A DNA stretch of 64,000 nucleotides from Negaprion brevirostris (taxonomy: Eukaryota). The stretch covers positions 69,196,341 to 69,260,340 of the forward strand of contig JARDVH010000110.1 of the NCBI GenBank assembly GCA_030324005.1, given 5' to 3'. The notes beneath the pieces were generated by a model. It did not search any database. It was given only the letters and a program-made list of their open reading frames with translations, and was not told the origin of the DNA. The position numbers and the translations under genes were made by a program. Every line of letters starts with the position of its first letter. Position 1 is the first letter of the stretch. Shown here piece by piece: positions 50,956 through 63,773 of the stretch.

Positions 50956-51330
50956 TTGGCCAGAATTCTATGCTGTCATACACCACACTACCGCTGTCAG
51001 TGAGAATGGAGAATTTGGCACTCAACCAAATCTCCATTCACGGCAGTGGGACTGGAGAATAACAGCCACGGATGAGGTCAGAGAATCCCAGTCGCGGATA
51101 GTGTTGGAGAATCCCAACCACAGACATGGTCAGAGAATTTTGGCCACAGGTGTGTTCGGAGAATCCCAATCATGAGTAAGGCCAGAGAATCCCAGCCACA
51201 GGCGAGATCAGAGAATCCCAACTACGGGCATGGTCGGAGAATTCTGGCCACAGGTGTGGTCGGAGAATCCCTGCCATGGGCGTGATTGGAGAATCCCAGC
51301 CACAGGCATGGCTGGAGAATTCCGGCCAAT
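50956..51330. mobile_element. MITE-like element containing an 11x 26-bp internal tandem expansion
   Basis: TIRs ATTGGCCAGAATTCT / AGAATTCCGGCCAAT. GAGAAT recurs every 26 bp from 51055 to 51315. Confidence 0.8.
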
Positions 51331-53077
51331 GTGTTTGCATGAAATTCCTAGATATTACTTTAATCCATTTGTTAATCCGTTCAACATCAACAGATGCATT
51401 ACACGTTTCACTCTTGGCAATTTTATCAACAAAATACTGAAAATATGCAATATCAAAGGGCATCTGAAAAAGATAGAAAGGCTCTCCAACAAAATGTACT
51501 TTGAGTCTTGGAATTAGTGAGATACTGAAATACAAATGCTTAATGCCTTCATCTCAAATTTCTCTCTCTGCTCTTTTAGGAAAGGCTGTACAATATAATT
51601 TACTTTAAATAGGTTATTGCCTTCACTAAAATACCATTAAATGTGCAAAACATTTGTGCGCTGGTATTTCACTGTGGGGGCCTTTGTTTCCTTGAGCAAG
51701 TGGTTTATTCTGACAAAGAACAAGCAGGATGTAAAGGGACTTGGATTTGTTCCAAATGTGCTTCCTCCTTAATAAATAAGAAGAGAACATAGATCTAAAG
51801 AAAAATCACTTTCTTCAGCCCCATAAAATTATACTTAGTCAATATTTTCCTAATAAGGCAGTGATGTCAACTTTTGTGCGCTATTTTTGGAAATTAAAGG
51901 AACACAATGAACTCCAGGGCAATTTACAGGATCCTGCAAGCATAAACTAGAAACATATGCTGTATTTCTAGATCTGGAGATTGNNNNNNNNNNTGAAACA
52001 ATTTAGGGGCCAGTGAAAGGATGTTCACTCTCTCCAGTAAGTCACATAAATTGTGTCAGTTTTGTGCTGAAATCCTTGTCAGATCCATTTCTCCTTGCCA
52101 GGGACTAAAACTGGTGTTGTTATCAGTATAAGCCTCCCTATCTAAGGTATCTTTCCTGTTGTTGGGCTACCTCAGTGCCTGCTCTCCTTGAATTAGAAGA
52201 TCTCAAAAAATCGCGCTTTAGAACATGACTTTCAGAATCAGAAAACATTATTTGTCCTGCCTAGCAATGTTTTCTGTACAATCATCCTGATGCAGCACAC
52301 CCCTTTATTCCTCTGTGGGAAAAGAGTTACAGAAGTATTCCCCCAATTCCACAGAAGTTAAGGAGGAAACTGAAAGGGAGGAGTGTAGAAGATGAAATTG
52401 CAAACTGAATTGTAGCACTGTCATAAAGAATGGAAAAAATTGTAGCAAAATTTACTGTAGAAATGAGTTTGTATCAATTTCCTTGTTGTTTCCATATGGA
52501 GATGAGTCAAAGCTGTATTCCCCATTCTCGGGAAAATAGGCTGAAAATGAGGCCAGACTGCGCTTCATAGCACAATTATGCTTTTACGGAAGTCTTTTGG
52601 TGCACTAAGTTGTGTCCTGTTTAATCGTGGAAGATGAAACGGCATGATCTGCACAACATAATTGAAACCAGTCTAATTACTAGCATTAATCCAAACCTGA
52701 CATGGCTTACTTCCTTGAGTTGATAGACTCATGATAAAAGGCTGATCTAACATGGGCCGAGCAAAAAATCTCCCAGACTCAGTTGGTTCCCATTAAAACT
52801 CAGCGTGCTAGTGCAATGTGTGAAGCAGCATTAAGATCCTATGCTGTGGGATATGTTGCTTCATGAACTTGTGCACATAATCTCTCCATTGATGGTGACA
52901 TCAATGCCAGTTATGCCACTGTGGGAAGGGGGTAATAGGGGCTGAAGATCACACCCACACTGTGTTGGGCAAAGGCACAGGAACCTGGTGATGGAATCAC
53001 CGGGGATGCTCAAGCATCATTTCATGGGCAGCTTCAAAGCAACAGCACTGGAGATCAGGGAGCAAGTTACCTGTGGT

Positions 53078-53187
53078 AACAAAAATAGAACATTCTGGAA
53101 AATCTCAGCAGGTCTGACAGCATTTGTGGAGAGAGAGCAGAGCTGATGTTTCAGATTCCAGCATCTGCAGTGATTTGCTTTGATTTA
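53078..53187. mobile_element. Penelope-derived short element with 14-bp TSD
   Basis: Flanked by AAGTTACCTG[T/A]GGT at 53064 and 53188. Confidence 0.75.
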
Positions 53188-53529
53188 AAGTTACCTGAGG
53201 TGTTGGTCATGATTGATGTTGTCAGCCTCATCGCCGCCTTTCTGTTTATTCTACAAAGTTGAAGATGACCATGACCTTGAATTCAGTGAGTTGAGTTTCA
53301 GGTGTAACGTGCTTAAAGCTGACTTTCAAATTTGAGTGCAAGGCAACCTGTCAGATGTGGGACAGAGATATGTTGTTGGTGCAAAAGAGGTGCTTCCAAC
53401 TCTGGCTTTCTGATGGCCAATACGATAATGCTCTGTTCATAGGAGGTGGGACCTTTGCTGATAAGACCATATACTATAGAGTGATCCTGTGCGAGGCTCA
53501 CTCAAGTTAACGGGTTTGGTGGACCTCAA

Positions 53530-53886
53530 GTCAAGGCGCATAGATCAGCTAGATAGTCAATATCTTTTCCCAAAGGTAGGGGAATCTAAAACTAGAGGGC
53601 ATAGGTTTAAGGTGATCAGGGAGAGATACAACAGTGTCCAGAGGGGCAATTTTTTCACACTGAGGGTGGTGAATATCTGGAACAAGCTGCCAGAGGTAGT
53701 AGCAGAAGCGGGTACAGTTTTGTCTTTTAAAAAGCATTTAGATAGTTACATAGGTAAGATTGGTATAACGCGATATGGGCCAAATGTGAGCAATTGGGAC
53801 TAGCCTAGCGGTTCAAAAAAAAAGGTGGCATGGACAAGTTGGGCGAAAGGGCCTGTTTCCATGCTGTAGACCTCTATGGCCCTATG
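53530..53886 (+). mobile_element. CR1-like LINE 3' end (same subfamily as 13375-13720 and 56280-56455)
   Basis: LFPKVGESKTRGHRFKV..FFTLRVVNIWNKLPE..SFKKHLD plus tail. Confidence 0.88.
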
Positions 53887-54458
53887 CAGACTTTTCTAAT
53901 TCGGAGTGGAATTCTATAGAATGGTTTTGAAAAAATGCTATCCTATCACCGTGACTTCAGAGTAGGTGAAACTTGGATCCCACTATTTGACAATGGCCAA
54001 GTTATCCAAGACCTTTTGTAAGGGCAATGGAAAACAGAGACTCTGGTTACATGAAGGAAAGTAGCCTTTCTGGTAAATACGTTCAATAAGGCCCATTTTT
54101 ACAAAAGGAAGACAGAGAAAGATCCATACCAGCAAAGAAATAGGAATCTGTCTAAGATCCTTTAGCAGGCAATGACTTTGGGTGAGCCTATTTGATAAAC
54201 CAAGTCAGGTTTTTGGGACAGGGATTCAACTGCACTTGAGTGGAACGCAGCAGGAGAAAGCTACTACAACGGGCAGTAAACCACTGCAAATCTGTTACCA
54301 TCAACCTCCAGATGCTATTTCTTCGGTGAAACAAAAATGAATCATAGGCTTGCAACATCACAGGAGTTCATTTCAGGAGAAGCAAGTGTGATAATGACCT
54401 TTTGGACTTTTAAGACATAAGTGCATGCTACCTCTTTCATAACCATCATCTTTTCCTT

Positions 54459-54510
54459 TGTGTGTGTGCGTGGTGCGTGCGTGATGTGTGTGTGCATGTG
54501 CGTGCGTATG
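54459..54510. repeat. Imperfect (TG/CG)n microsatellite
   Basis: TGTGTGTGTGCGTGGTGCGTGCGTGATGTGTGTGTGCATGTGCGTGCG. Confidence 0.8.
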
Positions 54511-55267
54511 AATCCATGAGAAGGTGCAGTTTGATTACATTGTGTGCTGAGAAATAAACATTTCTTCTTTAAAAATTCTTATGATAAAATCTGTCATTTG
54601 TCTATCCTTAACAACTACTACACTCCTGAGGTTAAAACTCATACTATTCTTTTTAGAAACACACCTGTCTTTGGTCAGTTGAAAGCAGAAAAATGGGGAC
54701 GGGAATTATTTCACTGCCCTGTCCATAACAACATTCAAAATTGGGGAACAGACTGACTTTGGTCATCAATGATGAACAAATGATACCGGATGTGCATCTG
54801 AATTGCACTTGCCTTGAGACTTTGTGTAGGCTTTTGCATTGTAAGTTCCTGTCAACCGACCATCAAAAAAAACAGCATTTTCTACACAATTTCCTGCACT
54901 TTTGTGAACAAGCTAAATAACTACCTTCTGAACTAATCAGAACTGTTAATGAGCAGTGCAGTGTCTACACATGGAATGTTATGGTTAAATTATTCAATTC
55001 AATGTAAAATAAAGAACAGAAAGTGAAATAAATATGGAAATCAGGATTGGATTAAGAGAGAAAGATAAAGCAAAACCTAATCAGTTAAAATTTATAATTC
55101 AAATTTATAGTTTCTAAAAATTTCCAACACTATGATTCAAATTTGAAAGAATGTGACACCACATTTGTTAACGTCAATTTTCAATGCAGAAATTAAGACA
55201 TAGAACATGTCTTAATGTAAAAGTACATTTACTCCACAATGGTTCAGCCCCAACTCATTCTTTTAAA

Positions 55268-55550
55268 ATTTATTTACTAGAGTCACAAATAGGCTTACAT
55301 TAACACTGCAATGACGTTACTGTGAAAATCCCGTGGTTGCCACACTCCAGTACCTGTTCGGGTGCACTGAGGAGGAATTTAACATGGCCAATGCCCTTAA
55401 CGGACTGTGGGAGGAAACTAGAGCACCCAGAGGAAACTCATGCAGACACGGGAGAATGTGCAGACTCCACACAGATAGTGACCCAAGCTGGGGATCAAAC
55501 CCGGGTCCCTGGCGCTGTGAGACAGCAGTGCTAACCTTTGTATCGCTGTG
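55268..55550 (-). mobile_element. tRNA-derived SINE (same subtype as 15728-16012)
   Basis: Reverse-strand head GGTTAGCACTGCTGTCTCACAGCGCCAGGGACCCGGGTTTGATCCC and a matching tail. Confidence 0.85.
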
Positions 55551-55683
55551 GAATGTTTAGATGGTAATAAACCACAGAAATATAGCAACTCTACTTTGTT
55601 TCATGTATTTCCATGCTGAGCTTTTTGGTGAGGTGAATTCATGTGCAGCCTCTGGGGAAGCAGAGTATCTTGGATAATAACTA

Positions 55684-56043
55684 GGGGACGCAGTGGCCTC
55701 ATTGTATTGTTGCTAGACTATTACTCCAGAAAACTCAGCTAATGCTCTGGGGACCCAAGTTTAAATCTCTCCTCGGCAAATGGTGGAATTTGAATTCAAT
55801 AAAAAAACCTAAAATTAAGAATCTACTGACGACCATGAAATCATTGTCGGAAAAACCTATCAGGTGGTCTAACGTCCTTTAGGGAAGGAAATCTGCCATC
55901 CTTACCCGGTTTGGCCAACATGTGACACCAGAGCTACAGCAGCGTGGTTGACTCTCAACTGCCCTCTGAACAAGGGCAACTAGGGATGGGCAATAAATGC
56001 TGGCTAGCCAGCAACACCCATGACCCACAAATGAATGAAAAAA
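55684..56043 (+). mobile_element. tRNA-headed SINE with L2-type 3' tail
   Basis: GCAGTGG..TAATGCTCTGGGGACCCAAGTTTAAATC head; GGGCAATAAATGCTGGC..CCAGCAAC..AAATGAATGAAAAAA tail. Confidence 0.7.
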
Positions 56044-56464
56044 CCATTATTAAATTTAGCTGACATGTGTAGGCACTGGAAGATGCCATCCAATTTACAT
56101 TACATTATTGATGGGTGCTGTTGGCCTCACTATTATATCCACATCAAAGTCTCGAGCATTGTCTGCCTGAACCAAACTNNNNNNNNNNNNNNNNNNNNNN
56201 NNNNNNNNNNNNNNNNNNNNNNNNNNNNNNNNNNNNNNNNNNNNNNNNNNNNNNNNNNNNNNNNNNNNNNNNNNNNNNGCTGATACTATTCTTTCTTTTA
56301 AAAGGCATTTAGACTATTACATAGGTAAGTTGGGTATAGAGGGATATGGGCCAAATGCAAATAATTGGGACTAGCTTAGGAGTTTAAAAACAAAATGGCG
56401 GCATGGACGAGTTGGGCTAAAGTGCCTGTTTCCATGCTGTAAACCTCCACGACTCGGGCAATGT

Positions 56465-56760
56465 TGAAATTTTTATTGAGAACTTCAGGTTGTCCTTAAA
56501 GTACTTTTCCTGGCCTCTATCCAAACATTTCCTTTCAATTAGCTCGACATGGATAAGGCTTTTTGACGAGGGCTCCTCAGGCATTCTGGCAACATGTGCT
56601 GTCCATATTACCTGAGTTCTCCTCAGCAGATTGTGAATGCCAGGCACGTCAGCCAGGGAGAGAATCTCAGTATTTGGACCCTTGGACATCTGATACTCAC
56701 AGCTAGCGTTTAAGCTTTCAGATGAGCCAAAATACAACTCAATGTCTTTTATGCAGAACC
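56465..56760 (-). mobile_element. RTE-clade LINE C-terminal fragment
   Basis: PNTEILSLADVPGIHNLLRRTQVIWTAHVARMPEE..KSLIHVEL..GQEKYFKDNLK matches the RTE/BovB ..LRWAGHVARM..PK.LLYGEL..G.KKR.KD.LK pattern. Confidence 0.75.
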
Positions 56761-58119
56761 ATGAGGCAGATGTCACGAGATAAACTGCACAAAAGGAAAT
56801 GTTGCAGGTGAATTTTTACATATATAACTAGGGTGCATAGCCAAATTGTAAACATTCTCAAATGGTTCACTCCACTCATTGGAAAGCAGAACTTGATTTT
56901 GAGCCTATTTAATGCTAGAATGTATGTGTCAACTGGCATCTTGCACTAAGTTTGGCCAACATTTGGAATCTGCTGAGTGGAACTCTTCACATATGGATGA
57001 GCAGACAAATACAGGACTCCACTCTGGTGTGAAGCAACATGGGAGCTGGCAGCTGAATTCAGGAATTGCAGATCTATGAGATATTCCACACTGTCTTTGT
57101 TGGAGATTGTTACCTGTAACAGAACCTACCTCTCATCACACATTGACAACACAGCAGTAGTTCTGCCACATTCACTTAGCAACAACTCTGTGATTATATT
57201 ATAAATTTTTCACAATTCAGTCATTTTCTAATCTGAGAGTGGAGCCTACTCCAGCTCTTAATTTTTTTGTGCTCATTGTAAGGGCATCATGAGTTATGGA
57301 GAGAAAGACAGGAAAGTGGAGTTATGACCACAATGAGATAAGCCATGGTCTTATCAAACATGAGGGGCTGAATGGCCTACTCCTGCTCCTAATTCCGGTG
57401 TTACTGTGTTCTTATGTTGTTCAGTACAGATAGGTTTTCTGGCGGAAGAAGTTTGTTCTGCTACATTTTGATCCCAGTTTGGGTCTTGACATACAATTAC
57501 ATTCCACAGGAAGGATTTAAAATCAGAATATGGGGAGCAAAGATGGAGCAAGGCTTGGCCCATCTCAAGGCCCCAGCCACATTTAGATCAAAATTGCAAT
57601 TTGTGTGTTAAGTACATGATGATAACTAGCCTGCATGTTACAGTGGCTTGCTGCCTTAAATGGGTTAGCTCATGCTGCCCATTCCAGGATTCTGTCCAAG
57701 ATGGTGATGGCTGAAACGTCACCATTAGTTCGACAGCAAGTGACCCATTTTCAGGCTGCTACCATAGTAACTGGAAGGGAGTTAAAATCAGGCCTCACAT
57801 GTATAGATGCACAATTCAAATCACATCACAGCAACATTAAACTTGTATGAAGAATATATTAAAGTGATAAGGAAAATCAGGGGACAAGGTTATCTCAAGA
57901 TTAAAGAGAACCTCCCTAGATATAGGCCAAACCAAGCTCTCTTTTATTCTGGTTGTGTCTCTTTCTCCCATCCCTATTTATAAGCACATTCATCTTTCAA
58001 AAAGTTACCTGACCCGCATAAATCTCCCTGTCCCAGATAAGTCCCAATGAGTTAGTTGCTCCATCAGTTGCTGTGACAAATCTTTTGCTTGGTTTTAGTT
58101 TATTATAATGAAGCAAGCA

Positions 58120-58760
58120 AATATCTAATCCCATCCAACATCCTGATAAATCTCCTCTTCACCCTCCCCTGTACAATCACATATTTCCTATAATGCGGTG
58201 ATCACAACTGCACACAGTACTCCAGCTGTGGCTTCACCAAAGTTCTGTACAACACCAACATGACCTCCCTNNNNNNNNNNNNNNNNNNNNNNNNNNNNNN
58301 NNNNNNNNNNNNNNNNNNNNNNNNNNNGCACCCTACGAGTATATCTTTCCACATTCAGAGATCTATGGACAAATGTAGAAAGGTTCCTTTGTTGCTCAAA
58401 ACTTCCTAGTGTCATGCTGTTCATTGAATACTTCCTTGTCAAATTACTCTTTCCAAAGTGTGTCACCTCACGCTTCATAGGTTTAAATTCCATCAGCCAC
58501 TTATTTTCCATTTGACCATTTGACATATGGGAGATATGTCTTCCCATATCTCTGGACTCAGCCTCACTGTTAGCACCCAGCCAATCTTTGTCATCTGCAA
58601 ACTTACTGAACCTACTCCCCACATAGTCATCAATATCATTTATACAAATGATGAATAATAGGGAACGCATCACATATCCCTATGGTACACTACTGGATAC
58701 TGGCTTTCAATCGTTAAAGTAGCCTTCTGTCATCACCCATTGTTTCCTACAACCAAGCAA
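58120..58760 (-). mobile_element. CR1-like LINE RT fragment
   Basis: LLFIICINDIDDYVGSRFSKFADD; WLMEF..HFGKSN. Confidence 0.85.
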
Positions 58761-60199
58761 GCTAATTCTGTAGAAATGTCACAATATCTCAAAAATAAAA
58801 CAAATTTATAGCAAGACTACATTGTTTTCATGCATCAGTAGGCAAGCACGATATTCCCTTCTCCCTCACGTTTACAGCCTGTACATTAACAGAAAATACC
58901 AGATAAACTCAGCAGATCCGGCAGCACCCATTTGGAGTCAGTATTAATCTTGAGCAACAAAGGAACCTTTCTACATTTGTCCATAGATCTCTGAATGTGG
59001 AAAGATATATTCATAGGGTGANNNNNNNNNNNNNNNNNNNNNNNNNNNNNNNNNNNNNNNNNNNNNNNNNNNNNNNNNNNNNNNNNNNNNNNNNNNNNNN
59101 NNNNNNNNNNNNNNNNNNNNNTAAAAAAGGCACATGAGGCACTTGCCTTTATCAATTGAGGCACTGATTACAAAAGCAGGGAGGTCATGTTGGTGTTGTA
59201 CAGAACTTTGGTGAAGCCACAGCTGGAGTACTGTTAAACTTAAGTTTAAACAGAGGAAGAAATGCGATGGACTTCGTACTATGGAAGAGGGGAGGGAGCA
59301 CGTGAAGTAAAATAGGTCAGTGATAATTGGAGCTAGGAGATACTGTAATAAAAATGTGTAGGGCACAAAGACAGACGAGTGTTAATGACAGTGAAAAGGA
59401 CTATGGAATGTGCTAATAGTTGCATTAGTTAATGGTTGTGTGAGGGGAAGATGTGTTTTGTGGTGGCATCATGCTGGAGTTAGCAGAAATGGCAGAGGGT
59501 GATCCTTTTGAGTATGAAGGCTGGAATCTAGAGGATTCAGATCTGCTGAGTTTTTCCAGCATTTTTCATTTTTATTTCAAATTTCCAACATCAGCAGTAT
59601 TTTGTCTTTAGTTTAATGTACCTGAGAATCAGGGATCTGTGTGAATGGTCAAAACCATCACTAGCAGCATCAGAGAGTTAATCTCTGGGTGTTATCCATC
59701 ATCTCTGAATGGGGATTGGGTGAGGCTGCAGATGCAGTAGATAAACAGTCAGACATACTGCAAACTATTAAGCCAATCTGTCAGCATTTAAGGATTGTGT
59801 TATAAGGTATTTGTGAAAACAGCCAGGTTCTCTTTTAATGTAACATGTGGCAGTGGCAGAATTTGGAATGTTTGAGCCCATCGTGTTGAATGTATTTTAA
59901 TGTTGAACATGTTTGCTGTCAAATGAAGATGGGTTTTTGTTGAGAAGAATTAAGTTAATTAATTTAATGCATTATGTTCAGTCCTCGATTCAAAGGGACA
60001 TTTTAGTTGCCTTAGCTGTCTTTGATGTGCTGATTCTGGAGTTGATTTGCTTTGGTTATTCTCAAAAATGTCTTTATAGCCTTCCTGTCTGTGTCATTGA
60101 CAACCATCCTTTTGACAGACATCACTGCAGCATCACTAGAGAGAAAGGGGACACAGATGGTTCACGCATGGTTTGGGCCTCGGTTTTTAAAAAATATCA

Positions 60200-60643
60200 A
60201 CTATGGTTGAGTAGTNNNACACCTCAGAGCCACAAGATTATTGATTCAAATCCCACTTCAGAGACTTAATCACACATAACTTGGCCTGATGCTTTTTGTG
60301 AGATGCTGAGAGAGCACGGTGCTACATGTCAGATGAGATATTAAACAGAGGCTATGTGTGCCCTCTCAGTGAATGTAAAGATTCCTGGCACTGTTCAAGA
60401 GCAGGGGAGATCCTGTACTGTTGAGCTCAACATTTATTGCTCAATAAACGTCACTAAAGATTATCTGCAACTAAAGAGATGGACAGGCTACCTGGTCATC
60501 ACTGTTCATTGGATCTTGTTGAACACAATCGACTGCCACACTTTACTACAAGTCCTCACACTTCAAAAGCATTCCATTGTTTGTTAAGCACTTTGGACAT
60601 CTTGAGGTTGTGATATACTCCATGGAAATATTTTGCTTTCTTT
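60200..60643 (+). mobile_element. Deu-domain SINE (SacSINE1/AmnSINE1-like)
   Basis: CAGATGAGATATTAAACAGAGG..TGCCCTCTCAGTGAATGTAAAGATTCC.GGCACT..AAGAGCAGGGGAG..CACTTCAAAAG..AAGCACTTTGGACATCTTGAGG follows the DeuSINE consensus as I recall it. Confidence 0.7.
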
Positions 60644-61588
60644 GTCAGTCGATTCACTTTTATTATGGGCATAATTAGAACAAGATTTGTACAGTTAAAT
60701 GTAAAGAAAGATGGGCATATGGTCACGTGAGTAGCTGTGTTACTTTGTGTGTGACTGTGTGGTGAGGACAGTAGATGTTTTCTAAGTGGGCAAAACGCAG
60801 AAAGGCCAGTTATAGGGACATTAAAATTGGCCTCAAGGCCTGTGCTCTAGAAAAGGAAAAGCCAATCTTATTTAGAGATTGGTGTTGGAAAGTGAGAGGG
60901 TTTGCAGATTTTAGTTTGTACTCCATTGTTAAATACATTTAAAGGCTGAGAAAATCAAGAGATATGTGGGGTGGGCAGGAAACTTGAGCTGAAACCCAAA
61001 ATTGCCTGTGATCATATTGAATGGCAGAGCAGGCTTCATGGTCCATTCCTGCTTCTATTTTGTGAGTTTTGAATGTTGATGTGTTTGGGTGTGGTTGAGA
61101 TGCCCTGCACAGTTGAATAGTTTTCTTTTAAGCACTATTGGAGCTCATCACCAATTGGGTTAGGTACTACATGAAGTTAAAGCCCATTTGAACTGTATTG
61201 AGGCACTGTCCATGGGAGCAATTGGAAAAAAATCAAAAATCTGGCACAAACTCATAACCACTCAATATAAAAAAACCTAACTACAATTTTTTGACAAAAA
61301 TCCATCTTGCAGGTAGAGGCCCGACAATTTATTTTGCATTACTTCAGTAGAAAATTATAATCAAATGAAAAAATGTGCTGAGAAATTGTTTTAAGTTTAT
61401 ACCCATTTATTTTCATTTAACCACATCCCCTTCCTTTTTCCCACCTAAGCCCCCACACTCCACCGCCCCCCCACCTCAGCCCAATATCCCACTGTAACAG
61501 CCATGTCAAAATTAGAACCTTGGCTGAAGGATGTTGACTGATATATGAAGGCAGTCAAGCCCCAGCCAAAGCCAAAGTCTGACCCAAC

Positions 61589-61621
61589 AGCAATAGACTC
61601 ATTGTCCACCAGGGGTCAGTG
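61589..61621 (+). promoter_or_regulatory. Candidate CTCF binding site with upstream module
   Basis: TGTCCACCAGGGGTCAGTG (61603-61621) resembles the CTCF core TGGCCACCAGGGGGCGCT. AGCAATAGA 5 bp upstream resembles the TGCA(G/A)TA upstream module. Confidence 0.5.
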
Positions 61622-63773
61622 CATTGAGATTGGGAGCAAGGGCCTGGGCTGATATTTTTTCAAATAGTCATTTATAGGATTTGGGCATCATCTCTAAAGC
61701 CAATATTTATTGCCCATCTTTAATTGTTCTTTAGGGGAGTCCTCAAACGAAATCTGGAACTTGCCTGATCATTATAGCTCTGCATCACCATTCACACTTA
61801 CTCAATTTGCCATCAAAAGGACGGGTGCTGGGAGAAACCAGCTTTCTCATTTTAAACAGCCCCACCTCCTTGGCATGCAATTTCAATTAGCACATTTAAC
61901 ACTAATGGGTAACAACAGATTTGCATGAGAAATTAAATTACAGTTGCCGGTATCAATGCAATATCGATACAGTGAACATGACAATTGTGCAAAAACATCA
62001 AGTAAAACTGAATGTTTAATACACTAATAGCAAGCTAGTCTTCAATGGCAATGCAAAGCTTTTACCATTTGTGGAGAATTGGAAAATAAAACCTCTCAGA
62101 AAAGTATAGCATGATAAACCTACAGCCTCAAATCCTGTGTAATATATACACTTGAATTGTATCATTGTCCCTTTAAAATATTATAGTTACACCACAGGTT
62201 TCATTTCGAGTGTGCATATAGTTCAAACTAACATACAAACACAGGAATCAGATTAGGCCATGCAGCAGACCATTCAAAACAGTCATGCTGATGCATATTT
62301 CATCTTCATTTATCTGCCTTTGATTGACATCCTTAAATAACAAAACTCTGTGAATTACAGACCTGGAAATTTCCCCTAACCCCAAGTTTCAGATTTCCAT
62401 GTAACAGAAACCACTTCCTATTAGCTCCACTGAGCTGATGTTAAGATTGTGCTCCCTTGTCCTGGATTCCTCAAATCAGAAGTAATTGCAGTGGCAATGT
62501 GGGTAGGCTCCATACCACATATAAACTGGTGAAAAGCAGAACACAATGTACAAATTCCTTTTGCACCTGCTCAGCTGTATATGCTTGGGAGTCAGTGACA
62601 GATTTTGGGTGAAATATTTTAAATGAGCAATGAGTGAGCTGTCTTGTTAGCACTTAATTAAAATTTAAAATGTGACAGTTCTTCCAGCATAGTGATTTGT
62701 TAAACTTGATTTTTTTTTACGGTTTATGAAGTCACATTGCAACCAATGCAAAGATCGGAGATGAAAGCTGAAACCTTGTCCTGAAACCCACTGTCCCCAG
62801 AACTGTGACACACCCAGGCGAGGCAAAGAACAGGCTAATCTTAATGGGTGGACATCTTTCCCATATATTTTTTTCAGGGACAAACCTGGCCCCAGCTAGA
62901 TCCACTATCAGCGCAAGTGAGACAGAAGGGGATCGGTTCCTGATAGTGAAATACGTGGTGGGTAGGACAAGGTTTCCTGGTGTGATGGGGGAAAGACAAA
63001 CTGTGTGTGTCCTCCCAGAGGAGAGTTACTCCTTTCTGGTTCACAAGGGCACCAAAAAAACAAAGGGACTTTGATTTCTGGGCATCTTCTGGCCAATGAT
63101 CGCCCTCCTAACAACTCCATCCTGACAGGGAATCTGTCACTGTCTCAATTTCAAGCTTCTGAATAACTTTGCAGATCAGGTCATAATGATAAAATTAGGT
63201 CCCAATCTGCACGTTTAAATGAGCCAGCTTGAATAAGATTTAGTTGAAAGAGCAGGTCAGCCTCAGGACACCATGGGAATGCGGCAAGATCACAGGGGGT
63301 CAGATGCCACCCTCATTCTAACTGTCCTCTCCTGCTCAGTTCCCACCAAATGTGCATAGTTCAGCAAGCCAGAATGTACAAACCAGAATGTTTTTCTTAG
63401 TGACAAAAAAATCTGCAGGAAAACTCCTGAGGCAATACCCCAAACGTTCATCTTATCTGCAAAACAACTGATAGCCATATGTTATGTCAAAACTGATCTC
63501 ATCTTTTCATTAATGGAAGTGATTATCTGGGCTTTGTTTATACTTAGCAGTTAAATGCCACACACCTTGATGCCACAAAACAATTCATTTTGTTGCATGC
63601 AATAAATAAAGCGTTGGTGTTAAAAATTTAATTAAAATTGCCTTTTATAGTTTCCAAACACACTCATTGCACATTTCCCTCACTGAGACATCTTGCAGCA
63701 TTTGTCAACAATTAAATTATTGTTCTAAAATTCAAATGCTGGGATGATAAGAAGCTAACCTAGCTAGAACTTG

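Noticed and set aside
15035-51330. 49-bp, 26-bp and 12-bp arrays as CRISPR-like loci
   Set aside because: Head-to-tail degenerate tandem units with no unique spacers and no cas genes, in a vertebrate context.
2432-56043. tRNA genes
   Set aside because: The A/B-box-like sequences are SINE heads followed by SINE bodies and LINE-type tails, not cloverleaf tRNAs.
5305-59366. Long ORFs made mostly of X
   Set aside because: Artefacts of N-gaps.
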